Positions 16,456 through 26,075 are shown, counted from the first letter of the stretch. The stretch: 46,522 bases of DNA from Candidatus Hydrogenedentales bacterium (GCA_044359155.1 JBIKMR010000001.1:1-46522); one strand, 5' to 3'. Made by a program: numbers and translations. The notes: a model not told the origin generated them from the sequence alone.

Positions 16456-18282
16456 TTGAAAATACTTCGTACAAGCTTAGTTGTGATTTTATTGGCAGGG
16501 GTGAGTTATGCCGAACCCTTTGCGGGCAAGTCCTATACCGATGGTGACACCTTTGCCGACACGTGGGTGGCCACCGATGCACTGGGGCGCAAGGTGCCGT
16601 CGCTCGAAGAGGCGGGGCCGGTGCGCGCGGGGAAGCAGGTGGGAATTTTTTATTGGACGTGGCATCGCCCCCATGCGGGAGGACCGAACGACAACACCAA
16701 GATTATCGCAGCGGCGGAAGGCGGACCAGCAGTGTGGCCGGAGAACGGCGCGCCGCACCATTGGGGTGAGCCTGAGCTGGGCTATTACCTGATGACCGAT
16801 CCCTTCGTCATCCGCAAGCACGCCAGCATGTTGATGGATGCGGGCGTGGACGCGGTGTTCTTTGACACAACAAATCCGCCGCATACGTGGAAGGATGAGT
16901 ATGAGGCGCTCTGCCGCGAATACACCGCCATGCGCGCCGAGGGTGCGCGCACCCCGACGATAGCGTTTATTACGCCGTTCTGGGACCCTACGCCTGTATC
17001 CGATCGGCTGTGGACGGACCTGTATCAACCGGGTTTGTGGCGCGACCTATGGTTCCAGTGGGACAGTAAGCCGCTGCTGCTGGCCAACCGGGACTTCATC
17101 AAGAACGAGGAGATGTTGAACTTCTTCACGTTCCGCCGTCCGATGCCGGATTACTGGGTGGGCCCCAGCGGGCCGGAGCAGTGGAGTTGGCTTGAGGTGT
17201 ACCCGCAGCATGAGTTCAAGAACAGCCTGGGCGAGGTCGAGCAGTTGAGCGTGGGCGTGGCGCAGAACGCCCTGCCGAACACGCCTGGCCCTGCGGCGAT
17301 GAGCCACAAGGCTGGGGCCATGGGGCGAAGCTGGCACAACGGCGCGCGCGACACGCGCGAGGGCGCGGTGAACCTGGGGCTGAACTTTGACGAGCAGTGG
17401 GGCCGGGCGATGCAGGCGGACCCCAAGTTTATTTTCGTGACAGGTTGGAACGAATGGGTGGCCGGGCGATACACCGAGTGGAGCACCTACACCGACAAGG
17501 ACGCCTATCACCCCGGCGGCCTGTTTGTGGACCAGTACGACCACGAATACAGCCGCGATTGCGAGCCCATGCGCGGCGGGCACACGGACAGTTATTACTA
17601 CCAACTGGCCAGCTGGGTTCGGCGATTCAAGGGCGTGCGCCCGCTGCCCACGGCAACGGGGCCTAGCGCCCTTGCCATAGATGGGGACTTTGCCGACTGG
17701 TCCGACGTTACGCCGGAGTTTCGAGACACCATCGGCGACGTGACCCACCGCGACCACAAGGGCTACGGCGACACCCACTACACCAACGCCACCGGGCGCA
17801 ACGACATCGTTATCGCCAAGGCGGGGTATGACGAGCAACATCTATATTTCTTCGTGCAGACCAAGGCCCCGCTCACCCCGCATACCGATGCGAACTGGAT
17901 GCGACTTTTGATCGATGCAGATCAGAACGCGACCACGGGCTGGCTGGGATACGATTACGCCGCAAACGTGACTGTGAACTCTGCCAAGGAAACCACCCTC
18001 AGCGCATGGCGCGATGGGGAATGGGCGACCGTGGCCATGGTGCCCTACCGCGTGAACGGCAACGGCATGGAAATCTCCCTGCCCCGCGCGTCCTTGGGCT
18101 TGGCAGCAGCCAATCCCACCTTCGATTTCCACTGGGCCGACAACATCCAGGGATTCACCGATGTATCCGAATTGGGCACCAACGGCGACAGCGCCCCCAA
18201 CCGGCGGTGGAATTATCTCTACGTGGTGGGGGAGTATGGAAGCGTAGCGAATCATATTGAGAATGGAGACTCTGCACAGTGA
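16456..18282 (+). CDS. Secreted putative glycoside hydrolase (TIM-barrel-like N-domain plus C-terminal beta-sandwich); family uncertain
   Basis: A TTG start preceded by a GGAGAGG RBS gives the signal peptide LKILRTSLVVILLAGVSYA/EP. Motifs VGIFYWTWH, DPFVIRKHASMLMDAGVDAVFFDTTN, FIFVTGWNEW and YSRDCEP resemble GH99/GH71-type or related uncharacterised hydrolase families. The alternative ATG starts at 16369 and 16408 were not preferred. Confidence 0.55.
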   Translation: MKILRTSLVVILLAGVSYAEPFAGKSYTDGDTFADTWVATDALGRKVPSLEEAGPVRAGKQVGIFYWTWHRPHAGGPNDNTKIIAAAEGGPAVWPENGAPHHWGEPELGYYLMTDPFVIRKHASMLMDAGVDAVFFDTTNPPHTWKDEYEALCREYTAMRAEGARTPTIAFITPFWDPTPVSDRLWTDLYQPGLWRDLWFQWDSKPLLLANRDFIKNEEMLNFFTFRRPMPDYWVGPSGPEQWSWLEVYPQHEFKNSLGEVEQLSVGVAQNALPNTPGPAAMSHKAGAMGRSWHNGARDTREGAVNLGLNFDEQWGRAMQADPKFIFVTGWNEWVAGRYTEWSTYTDKDAYHPGGLFVDQYDHEYSRDCEPMRGGHTDSYYYQLASWVRRFKGVRPLPTATGPSALAIDGDFADWSDVTPEFRDTIGDVTHRDHKGYGDTHYTNATGRNDIVIAKAGYDEQHLYFFVQTKAPLTPHTDANWMRLLIDADQNATTGWLGYDYAANVTVNSAKETTLSAWRDGEWATVAMVPYRVNGNGMEISLPRASLGLAAANPTFDFHWADNIQGFTDVSELGTNGDSAPNRRWNYLYVVGEYGSVANHIENGDSAQ

Positions 18283-19706
18283 ATCCTCGTCCCGCTTTTG
18301 CATCGTTTGTCTTCACGTCTGCCGTGCTTATGTGTTTGGGGTGGGGGCTGCGGGGATACATAGGCGGCGGCCCCTTGGGGGCCATGATTCCGGGTGCCTT
18401 CATCGCGCTGTGGTTGTGCATTTTGCTGGGGATAGACGGTCGGCGTGCGGCGTTGGTGGCGGCGTTTGGGGCGGTGGGCATTGGCATTGGTGGCGAGATG
18501 ACCTATGGCCAGACGCTGGGCCTGTTGCGCAGCAACGACACCGTGGCGTGGGGCCTGCTGGGCACGGTGGTGAAGGGGGGCGTGTGGGGCTTGCTGGGGG
18601 GCGCGTTGCTGGGGCTCGGCTTTGTGGTGCAGCGCTTGTCCTTCAAGCAGGTGGCGCTCGCCTTGTTGGCCTGCGCGTGCGCGATGGTGGTGGGCATTGC
18701 ACTCATCAACCAGCCGAAGCTGATCTATTTTTCCGATCCCATCAACAAGCCGCGCGACGAAGTCTGGGCGGGGTTGTTGTTCGGTGCCGTCGCGTTGCTG
18801 TTAGTGCTTAAGCGCTACAAGGAAATCCAGGTGCCCGGATGGTTTGCGCTGTATGGCACCGTGGGCGGCATGGCGGGCTTTGGCATTGGCGGTGCGTTGA
18901 TGGCACTGGGCTCACGCGTTGAGCCACCCCTGCGCGGCCTGCCTTGGTGGAAGTTTATGGAGTTCACCTTTGGCGCGTGCCTTGGATTGGCCTTCGGAGC
19001 CTGCGCCCTGCACCTGCGCAAGGTGCTCTCGGAAAAGCTCGAAGCTGAAGCTGTCCCGGTGGTGGTGCCATGGCGGGCACTGGGTGGGGCCGTGGTTATG
19101 CTGGGCCTTGGGCTGGTGGCATGGGAAGCCACGGCGGAGCACCTGGTCACCGCTGCCAGCGAAAGCGCCTTGCGCTCCGCGCTCCTACCCTTTGCCATGG
19201 TGCTGCTGGGCTACTCAACGCTGGCCTTTGTGCTGATGTTGCTTTCCCTGCGCTACACCACGCTGGCATGGCAGACCGCCCTCACCATGACCTTCATCGC
19301 CACCATCATCGACCTGCAAGACGACCTCGCCGGGGAGAATGGCATCCTTGTGGCGGCGTCTATCCGCTGGGCATTTGTCTGGTCCACACTGATCGTGTCG
19401 GCGCTGCTGGTGCTCGCGTGGCAACGCAGTACCGCGCCCCGTTTGCAGTCCGCGTTGCTGGCATTGATGTGGGCCTGCACGGCCGTAGCCTATGCCCGCA
19501 TACTTGTTTCGCCCAGCGTGCTCGCCCCGGCTGCCGATGTAACGGCCAGCTTGCCCATGCGATTTGTGGCGGAGCTAGAAGGACACGGCATCGTGCATGG
19601 CATCTTCACGGCCTGCGCCGTGTATGCCACCGTGGCGATTTATCTGCACGCCGGTTCAACGGTCACTGGGGCGGATGGGTTCCCTGATCGAAAACATGTC
19701 GACTAA
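18279..19706 (+). CDS. Polytopic integral membrane protein (about 12 TM segments), function unknown
   Basis: 475 aa, dominated by Gly/Ala/Leu-rich hydrophobic helices. Its GTG start overlaps the stop of the upstream hydrolase gene (GTGA at 18279-18282), implying translational coupling. Confidence 0.6.
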   Translation: MNPRPAFASFVFTSAVLMCLGWGLRGYIGGGPLGAMIPGAFIALWLCILLGIDGRRAALVAAFGAVGIGIGGEMTYGQTLGLLRSNDTVAWGLLGTVVKGGVWGLLGGALLGLGFVVQRLSFKQVALALLACACAMVVGIALINQPKLIYFSDPINKPRDEVWAGLLFGAVALLLVLKRYKEIQVPGWFALYGTVGGMAGFGIGGALMALGSRVEPPLRGLPWWKFMEFTFGACLGLAFGACALHLRKVLSEKLEAEAVPVVVPWRALGGAVVMLGLGLVAWEATAEHLVTAASESALRSALLPFAMVLLGYSTLAFVLMLLSLRYTTLAWQTALTMTFIATIIDLQDDLAGENGILVAASIRWAFVWSTLIVSALLVLAWQRSTAPRLQSALLALMWACTAVAYARILVSPSVLAPAADVTASLPMRFVAELEGHGIVHGIFTACAVYATVAIYLHAGSTVTGADGFPDRKHVD

Positions 19707-20410
19707 ACCAATCCGGCACTTCAGACTCGATCACGGTAACTTCGCTACCGTCTGTAATCTCGGCAACAAAGGAACGTTTACCCAAGCCTAGCGAGTTGTC
19801 GAATATGTAGGCCCGGTTGGAACAGGATATTGCCTCCAGTAAGAGGGAGAGGGAACGGTAGTATCGCTCCCTGATCTTTTCCTCTGGCACGGCATGGCCG
19901 CCATTGAGCACGCGGTTGTGAACACGGGAGATATTGATTTCCGGATCGCTCGTTGCCACGAAATAGAGATAGACACGAAAGCCCTTGTCTCGGGCGACCC
20001 GGAGAAAATCTACCTTGTCACGGGATGACATGACCGTTTCAAACGTGAAGGATACTTGTGCATCCAGCAGGTAACGCCGGAGGAAATCAGACAGCACGGA
20101 CGCAACGTAAGAGTTTGCATCCACCCTATCGAGGCGTAGCTGTGTGCCGTCAAGGCGCAGGCGTGCGGCGACACCAGAAAGCCCGGCTATCTTCAGCAGT
20201 GTTGAGTCGGAGAAAAAATCTTGTAGTTGCTTCAGGGAAGGGGTTGCCTGAAATTCGTCAAGGTCCAGCAATCCATCAAGCCGCAGCGTCCGCTCGATAT
20301 CGTCTGGATTGATGTACGATGACGAGCCATTCCGGTGGAAGGTCTTGCTTTAGGGTGCTCTTGCCAGACCCATTGGGTCCGGCGAACATGCGGAGTCGCG
20401 GGGTGGACAT
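19663..20410 (-). pseudogene. Zeta-toxin/COG4185-like P-loop kinase, interrupted by a frameshift
   Basis: Frame A runs 20410 down to 20276: MSTPRLRMFAGPNGSGKSTLKQDLPPEWL (Walker A), then reaches a stop. Frame B is open from 20349: ...YINPDDIERTLRLDGLLDLDEF..., continuing through RVYLYFVATSDPEINISRVHNRVLNGGHAVPEEKIRERYYRSL to 19663. The two halves join only with a 1-nt shift near 20314-20326. Confidence 0.65.
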
Positions 20411-20412
20411 CG

Positions 20413-20640
20413 CTAGCGGAGCTTGTATACGGCGCCCGGTTGCACTGCTAGGGGTGGCGGAAGCTCTTTGATAAACTCGCGGCTGCCGTCGGCATATACC
20501 CGGTACAGCGCATTGCCTTGGGCTTCCACCACGCTGCCGCTGGTGAGCATCGCTTGTTCTCGGGCAAGGCGGAACGCGTTGCCCGCCAGCTTGGCCATGT
20601 CGATTTCCAAGTCGCCGATTGACTTTTCAGTAACTGCCAT
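20413..20640 (-). CDS. Small hypothetical protein, putative antitoxin/partner of the zeta-like kinase
   Basis: 75 aa. Its stop lies 2 nt upstream of the kinase ATG (20410). Coding-like composition. No family recognised. The role is inferred from position only. Confidence 0.45.
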   Translation of the reverse strand: MAVTEKSIGDLEIDMAKLAGNAFRLAREQAMLTSGSVVEAQGNALYRVYADGSREFIKELPPPLAVQPGAVYKLR

Positions 20641-20726
20641 TGTGCAATGTCCTTGTCAACATCATAAGCGATCACTGCCAGCGCCGCAAGGGGCGGTTGG
20701 CGGCGCTTGCTTGCAAGGGAGTCACG

Positions 20727-21716
20727 ATGCCTGCACCCCTATTGTACCTGAAATCTCGCGTATGCCAATTGGGCTTGTGCTTGCTCTCTCTGCCCGGTGT
20801 GGGTGTTGCGGCCCCAGCGGAGCCGATGGTTTCTTTTTTCACTGAGTCTCCTGGACGGATGGGCATTCGGCTGGGTGAGCAGCGAATTGCCACCTATGTA
20901 TGGGAAGACCCCGCCATTCCCCGTCCTTATTTCTGCAATGTGTTTGCGCCTGATGGCACGCGGATAACGCGCACGCATCCGCCGGACCCGGTGGCGGACA
21001 AGGACAACATGGACCACGCCGAGTTCCACCCCGGCATCTGGCTGGCTTTCGGCGATTTGGGCGGCGCGGATTTCTGGCGGCTCAAGGCGCGGGTGCGGCA
21101 TGTGGAGTTTTCAACGAAACCAACCCCCACGCGCGAGGGCGGTGCCTTTAGTGTGGTAAATGTTTACGAGACGCTGGAGGAACCTCCGAGGGAGATCGCG
21201 CAGGAGACTTGCATCTACTCGATTCAACCTGATGGCAATGGTTATTGCTTGAGCGCTGAAAGCATATTCAAGGCAACGCAAAATGGGGTTGCTTTTGGCG
21301 ACCAAGAGGAGATGGGCTTCGGCATTCGCTTGGGCACTCCGGTAACGGTGAAGCATGGCAGCGGGACGATGCGCAACAGTGCAGGCGGTGTGAACGAGGC
21401 TGGCACTTGGGGGAAGCAGGCAGAATGGTGTGCTGCTAGCGGGGTGGTGGAGGGGCACCGTGCAGGGGCTATGCTGGCGCAGGTGCACGGCCCGGTTCAG
21501 CCCTCGTGGTTCCACAGCAGAGACTATGGGTTGATGGTTGCGAATGCTTTCGGCAAGAAATCCATGACTGCGCCAGACGATGATTCGGTTGCGCCAGAGG
21601 CTATGCAATTGGAGAAGGGAGAAGAACTGAAGCTGGGGTTTGCGCTTTACATCTTCTCCATGGCCGATGAGGGAGAGCCGGACTATTCGGCGATACGAGA
21701 GCGTTTGCGACTATAG
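20727..21716 (+). CDS. DUF6807 / PmoA-family protein with signal peptide
   Basis: The start was reset to MPAPLLYLKSRVCQLGLCLLSLPGVGVAAP. YVWEDPAIPRPYFCNVFAPDG..., HAEFHPGIWLAFGDLGGADFWR and WFHSRDYGLMVANAFG match the pattern recalled for PmoA-like DUF6807 proteins, which commonly sit next to Gfo/Idh/MocA or sugar genes. Confidence 0.65.
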   Translation: MPAPLLYLKSRVCQLGLCLLSLPGVGVAAPAEPMVSFFTESPGRMGIRLGEQRIATYVWEDPAIPRPYFCNVFAPDGTRITRTHPPDPVADKDNMDHAEFHPGIWLAFGDLGGADFWRLKARVRHVEFSTKPTPTREGGAFSVVNVYETLEEPPREIAQETCIYSIQPDGNGYCLSAESIFKATQNGVAFGDQEEMGFGIRLGTPVTVKHGSGTMRNSAGGVNEAGTWGKQAEWCAASGVVEGHRAGAMLAQVHGPVQPSWFHSRDYGLMVANAFGKKSMTAPDDDSVAPEAMQLEKGEELKLGFALYIFSMADEGEPDYSAIRERLRL

Positions 21717-21748
21717 GTTAACAAGTAGCCTTTCTTAGTGGAGGGCTG

Positions 21749-22951
21749 TCAGTCCCCAACCTTTGCCCAAGCATCTTCGAGCAGGAGTAGCGTTTTTTCA
21801 GTGCTTAGACGCATTGGGTTGTTGGACAGGCGGATAAGGTCCGCAGCGGCGGCCAAGGCAGGAAGGGCATCCCTGGGCACGCCCGCGTCGGCGAGGCTTG
21901 ATGGCAGCCCGAGGTCCTGCATCAATTCCGCGATGACGCGTGGCAGTTCGCCCGGTGTGCATCCCAGCGTTTCTGTCGCCCGGCCCACCTGCGCACGAAC
22001 ATGCGCAGGGCCGCGCGCGTCGAGGCAGGTATCAGCGTCCACGGTGTAATTGGCTGCGCCCACATGTCCCAACGTAAGCGCCACTGCGTGCCCATGTGCA
22101 ATGCCATAGCCCTGCGTAAGCGCATAGGAAAGTGCGTGCGCAGCGGTGGTCTTGCCCAAGTTGATGGCCTGCCCGGCAAGGTGAGAGCCGAGCATCATTT
22201 CAATGCGCGCGGTGTGATCCACTTTCACGGCGCTGCGAACCAGCGCGCTTGCCAAAAGCGGGCCAGCCGCTTCTGCAAAGCGCAGGGATTCTGCGGTCGA
22301 GCCAACAGCCCAGAGCGATTCCAAGGCTTGCGCCAGAGCGTCCAGTCCGGTTTCCGCTGCAAGCCGCTGCGGCATGGCCGCGTGCAGGCGTACATCCAAC
22401 ACCACTGCGACGGGGCGCATAGATCTATGGGCTAAGGATATCTTGCGACCATCCACATAGATGGCGGCAAAGTGCGTGGCTTCGCTGCCCGTGCCCGAAG
22501 TTGTTGGCACAGCAATGATTGGAAGCGCGGCATCGGTTGGGGGTGCAGCTCCTCGCGTTACGGCATCAAGGGTGTCCCCAGCGCAGCTAGCGAGCGCCGC
22601 CACCTTGGCCACGTCCATGCATGACCCGCCACCAATGGCGACAACGGCGTCCGCGCCATGGGCTTGCGCCGCCCGCGCGGCTGCCGCTGCTTGTTCTGAC
22701 TTTGGGTTGGGAGTGAATTCGGAGAACTCTGCCACCTCGCGCCCCGCTAGCGCGAGCCGCAACTCAGCTTCGATGTCTGAAGCGGCGACGGCCCCACGAT
22801 CAATGACCAGCAGGAGGCGCTGCGCCTGGGCCGCGTCCAGCAGCATCGGCAGTTCCGAAAGGTTTGTAGCAATACCCTGCCCAGATCCCGCTATAAGTTG
22901 GCGCGCACCTGTACCGGGCACGGCCAGTAGAGAATCCAGTGAGTTGGGCAC
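21749..22951 (-). CDS. Iron-containing (group III) alcohol dehydrogenase family protein
   Basis: AVVAIGGGSCMDVAKV (GGGSxxD), PIIAVPTTSGTGSE, and the metal-ligand region AAHALSYALTQGYGIAHGHAVAL. Confidence 0.85.
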   Translation of the reverse strand: MPNSLDSLLAVPGTGARQLIAGSGQGIATNLSELPMLLDAAQAQRLLLVIDRGAVAASDIEAELRLALAGREVAEFSEFTPNPKSEQAAAAARAAQAHGADAVVAIGGGSCMDVAKVAALASCAGDTLDAVTRGAAPPTDAALPIIAVPTTSGTGSEATHFAAIYVDGRKISLAHRSMRPVAVVLDVRLHAAMPQRLAAETGLDALAQALESLWAVGSTAESLRFAEAAGPLLASALVRSAVKVDHTARIEMMLGSHLAGQAINLGKTTAAHALSYALTQGYGIAHGHAVALTLGHVGAANYTVDADTCLDARGPAHVRAQVGRATETLGCTPGELPRVIAELMQDLGLPSSLADAGVPRDALPALAAAADLIRLSNNPMRLSTEKTLLLLEDAWAKVGD

Positions 22952-22954
22952 GGC

Positions 22955-24364
22955 TTATCCTTCCTCCAGCACCAGCTTGTCCCGTTTCTTCTTTAGCAGA
23001 CGTTGCACTTGCTTGTGCTTTTCGTCAGTGAGGGGCATTAGCAAGAACACCAGCGCAGCGGCGATGAAGAAGCCGCCGACCACGGGCCCGAAGAGCAGGG
23101 CCAGCCGCCATCCCACTTCGGGGGCCTGCTCGGTGGCGCCTTCCTCAAACCCGATCAGGTTCAGCATCTGCCCCGTGGTGGCCAAGCCCACGGCTCGGGC
23201 AATCTTTGTGGTCAGGGTCCAGCAACCGAAGTACAACCCCTCGCGGTGCTGCCCTGAGCGCAGTTCGTCATAGTCCACAATGTCGGCCACAAGCGAATCG
23301 AAGAGGATGATGCTGCTTACGAAGAAGCCGCCCAACCCAGCGGAGAAAACGATGGGCGCCCATATCTGTCCTGCGGGCAACAGCGGATAGGTAATTACCG
23401 TGACGATGCCCAGCCCCAGCGCGCCCCAAAAGGCAGGCCGCTTCTTGCCATGCCGCCGCGCCAGCTTCACCCATATGGTGATGCTTGGGCTGGCAAACAT
23501 CATGAAAGGCAGCAGGATACCCAGCAGCACCTGCGGCTCGGTGAGGTCAAGGCGGATGGTGTAGTACTGCAACGCCAGTGACGAGTTCACCGTGCGGCCA
23601 ATCTGTGCAATCACAAACGCGCCCAGCAAGGGAGCGAAAACTGGGTTGCGCACAGCACTGTAATTGGCGCGAAAGAAAGCCTTGGTGCCTGCCAGCAACC
23701 CGTGTCCCTGCTCGGGGGTGCGGTGGGCCGGGGTGTCCAGGTTACCCACGGCGAAGATGCTGACTGCTGCTGCGGCCACCACGGCAAACCCGATGCCCAG
23801 CGAAGCGAGGCCGGGGTCTGGCTCGGCGGAGGTTTCACCAGGGTTGGCCCAAAGCGCCGTTAGGCCAAGCAACACCACGGCCAGCATGAACCCACCGTAT
23901 TTGCCCAACATGCGCCAGCCAAAGATTTCGTTGCGCTCGTCTCGGTCGTCACTCAGTTCTCCGCCCAGCGCCGCGTGCGGTACGGATATAAGCGTCATCC
24001 CCGTGTTCACCGCCATGTAGAGCAAGAGCAGGTAGAGAAATTTTGCAGTGTCAGTCGTCATGGCAGGGGGATTGAATAGCGCAATGAACGAACCCGCCAG
24101 GGCCACAGAGCCTAGGGCCATCCACGGCCTGCGCTTGCCAAAGCGCGTGCGAGTGCGGTCAGAAACGAAGCCCATGATGGGATCGGTAATCGCATCCCAC
24201 AGCACGGCCAAACCCAAGGCATAGCCCGCCAGTTCCGCGCTCAGGCCCACCTGCTGGGTATAGAAAATCAGCAAGTAGATTTGCAGCACGACCTCGGCGG
24301 AGGACATACCCCATTCCGCAAAGCCATACCCTGCCTTAGTCCCCGTTCTAAGTTTATCAGGCAT
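22955..24364 (-). CDS. Glycoside-pentoside-hexuronide (GPH)/MFS cation symporter (MelB-like)
   Basis: GYGFAEWGMSS..., the GPH signature DAITDPIMGFVSDRTRTRFGKRRPW, and about 12 TM segments. The start was placed at ATG 24364 (MPDKLRTG...); the maximal ORF reaches 24388. The stop lies 3 nt upstream of the Fe-ADH start. Confidence 0.8.
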   Translation of the reverse strand: MPDKLRTGTKAGYGFAEWGMSSAEVVLQIYLLIFYTQQVGLSAELAGYALGLAVLWDAITDPIMGFVSDRTRTRFGKRRPWMALGSVALAGSFIALFNPPAMTTDTAKFLYLLLLYMAVNTGMTLISVPHAALGGELSDDRDERNEIFGWRMLGKYGGFMLAVVLLGLTALWANPGETSAEPDPGLASLGIGFAVVAAAAVSIFAVGNLDTPAHRTPEQGHGLLAGTKAFFRANYSAVRNPVFAPLLGAFVIAQIGRTVNSSLALQYYTIRLDLTEPQVLLGILLPFMMFASPSITIWVKLARRHGKKRPAFWGALGLGIVTVITYPLLPAGQIWAPIVFSAGLGGFFVSSIILFDSLVADIVDYDELRSGQHREGLYFGCWTLTTKIARAVGLATTGQMLNLIGFEEGATEQAPEVGWRLALLFGPVVGGFFIAAALVFLLMPLTDEKHKQVQRLLKKKRDKLVLEEG

Positions 24365-24519
24365 GGGAAGCATCCATGCCCGACGCACTAAGCATGCGAG
24401 AATTCATGGAGATGCGGGGTTTCAGCGAATACAACATTACAATGCGCCCAAGTGAACCCGTAATGATAGGCACCCAAGGCCGCCGTAGCAAGCGGTATCT
24501 TAAAGTCGGGAAAGGCGTG

Positions 24520-24867
24520 CTACTCTTCCAAGTCCCGTGGCTGCGTACTCAGCTTCTGCAACAGTTCTTCCGCCTGGGAAAGATCAAAGCGCCTCGGGCC
24601 AGCCGGGGGCAGGCCTTGAGCTGGAGACTCCGGCTGCTCGTCGGGCACAACTTCTTCGACCATCTCATCTCCAATTCGGACATAGCCTTCGTCGAGAGGG
24701 TCTTCCTCTTCACACAATTCGGGCTCGGAATGTGCCCGCCTCGAAGGCAGCACGGCTCCCGTCATGCGCAGGTAATCGTCCTCGCTCAGGCGTTGCTCAT
24801 CCGGCACACCGCTGTCGAGGCGTGGGTCATCCGAGAACGGATCTTGGGGAGCGTCCATGGGGTTCAT
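24520..24867 (-). CDS. Highly acidic hypothetical protein
   Basis: 115 aa, rich in Asp/Glu/Pro. Its ATG directly abuts the stop of the ExeA-like ATPase (no intergenic base: cat at 24865-24867, cta at 24868-24870). No family recognised. Confidence 0.45.
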   Translation of the reverse strand: MNPMDAPQDPFSDDPRLDSGVPDEQRLSEDDYLRMTGAVLPSRRAHSEPELCEEEDPLDEGYVRIGDEMVEEVVPDEQPESPAQGLPPAGPRRFDLSQAEELLQKLSTQPRDLEE

Positions 24868-25944
24868 CTAGGAATTGCGATCTTGCTGCTTGCGCATCAG
24901 CAACTCGGCAGCGCGCTGGTCGCGCGTCATGCGCGTTTCGGGCTGGCGCGTTCTGCCCGTTTCCTGTGCGGCGGCTCGCGCAAACAAACTCACCGGGCGA
25001 GGCGTGGGTTCCGACTCGGGCTCCTTGGGGAAAGTGAACACGGGCAAGGGCTCCGCAGCTTGCACCGCAACAACCGGCAGGGGACGCGCCCGTTCTAAGG
25101 GCTTCTCCATTTCGAGCACGGTTGTCTTTGCAATTGTGCTCGCGATCAGTACCTCGTCAATCGTTCGCGTCCCTGTCTGCATGGCGGCAAGCAAGGCATT
25201 TCTGCAAGTGGACACGATGATGCGCGGGTTACCTGCCGCATGGCGATGGATAGCCGCGTGGGCAGCTTCGGTAAAGCGGGGTTGCATGGCAGGGTCTTTA
25301 AGCGCCTGCGCAATTCGGAACTCGATGAACTGCCGAGACTCGGCGGAGGTAATCGGTTCCAGCGTATGTGTCAAGTTGATACGCTGGGCAAAGCCCGGCG
25401 CGGCGCGCAGCACTTGCTTCCATTCCAGCTGGGCAAAGCACACCACGTTGAGCAGCTTGTGCTGTTGCGTCTCGATATTCTGCAGCAACCGCAACAACTC
25501 GAGTTGCCCGCGCTTGTTCAGGTTCTGGGCATCGTCAATAATCAGCGTGGTGGTCTTGTCGCGCCCGGCCAACAGCGCCTCGCTCAAGGCCTGCATGTAG
25601 TCGGTGAAGTTGGCCTCGCGGGGCTGCACGCCAAACTGCGCGGCTATCGCCTCAAGTAGGGAAAAGCTGGTCCATGAAGGCAGGGGGGACCCGATGATCG
25701 CCGTGCGATATCGCGCAGGGTCGGCCAGCATGGCGGCCGTCAGCTTGCGCAGCAGCGTGGTCTTACCCGTGCCATAGCTGCCCAGCACCACGGCGATTCC
25801 ATGCCGCTGGTCGATGCTGCTCCATAGCCGAAAGAGGCAATCGCGGTGTTCGCGCGTGGCATAGAAGTTGGCGGGGTCTGCCGTTGGGGCAAAGGGATGC
25901 TTGCCCAGCCCGAAGAAAGAAAGCAGGTTGCGGTGGTCATCCAT
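24868..25944 (-). CDS. ExeA-like AAA+ ATPase (general secretion pathway protein A family)
   Basis: LSFFGLGKHPF N-terminal motif, Walker A GSYGTGKTTL, Walker B TTLIIDDAQNL, then LLRLLQNIETQQHKLLNVVCFAQ and HRHAAGNPRII. The C-terminal third is low-complexity, with no recognisable peptidoglycan-binding domain. The start is ATG at 25944 or TTG at 25950. Confidence 0.8.
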   Translation of the reverse strand: MDDHRNLLSFFGLGKHPFAPTADPANFYATREHRDCLFRLWSSIDQRHGIAVVLGSYGTGKTTLLRKLTAAMLADPARYRTAIIGSPLPSWTSFSLLEAIAAQFGVQPREANFTDYMQALSEALLAGRDKTTTLIIDDAQNLNKRGQLELLRLLQNIETQQHKLLNVVCFAQLEWKQVLRAAPGFAQRINLTHTLEPITSAESRQFIEFRIAQALKDPAMQPRFTEAAHAAIHRHAAGNPRIIVSTCRNALLAAMQTGTRTIDEVLIASTIAKTTVLEMEKPLERARPLPVVAVQAAEPLPVFTFPKEPESEPTPRPVSLFARAAAQETGRTRQPETRMTRDQRAAELLMRKQQDRNS

Positions 25945-26053
25945 GTTCAACCCCCGCGCAAGCTAGGCGAGTGTGTGTACTTAGGCCAAGTGGTTGATTT
26001 CGCAAGGCTTTGCAACCGCCTCCTTGCAAGTATTCTGGGTGACGCCACTTGGG

Positions 26054-26075
26054 CATGTCAAACATTAATGACATG
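26054..26075. promoter_or_regulatory. Palindromic operator-like site CATGTCA-N8-TGACATG
   Basis: Perfect 7-bp inverted half-sites separated by aacattaa. It lies in the divergent intergenic region between the ExeA-like gene and the FHA-GAF-HD-GYP gene. A 10-bp palindrome ctgtcgacag follows at 26096-26105. Confidence 0.25.

Noticed and set aside
20300-20350. Programmed ribosomal frameshift in the zeta-like kinase.
   Set aside because: There is no X-XXY-YYZ slippery heptamer and no obvious downstream stimulatory structure at the frame junction. A mutation or an assembly indel is the simpler explanation.
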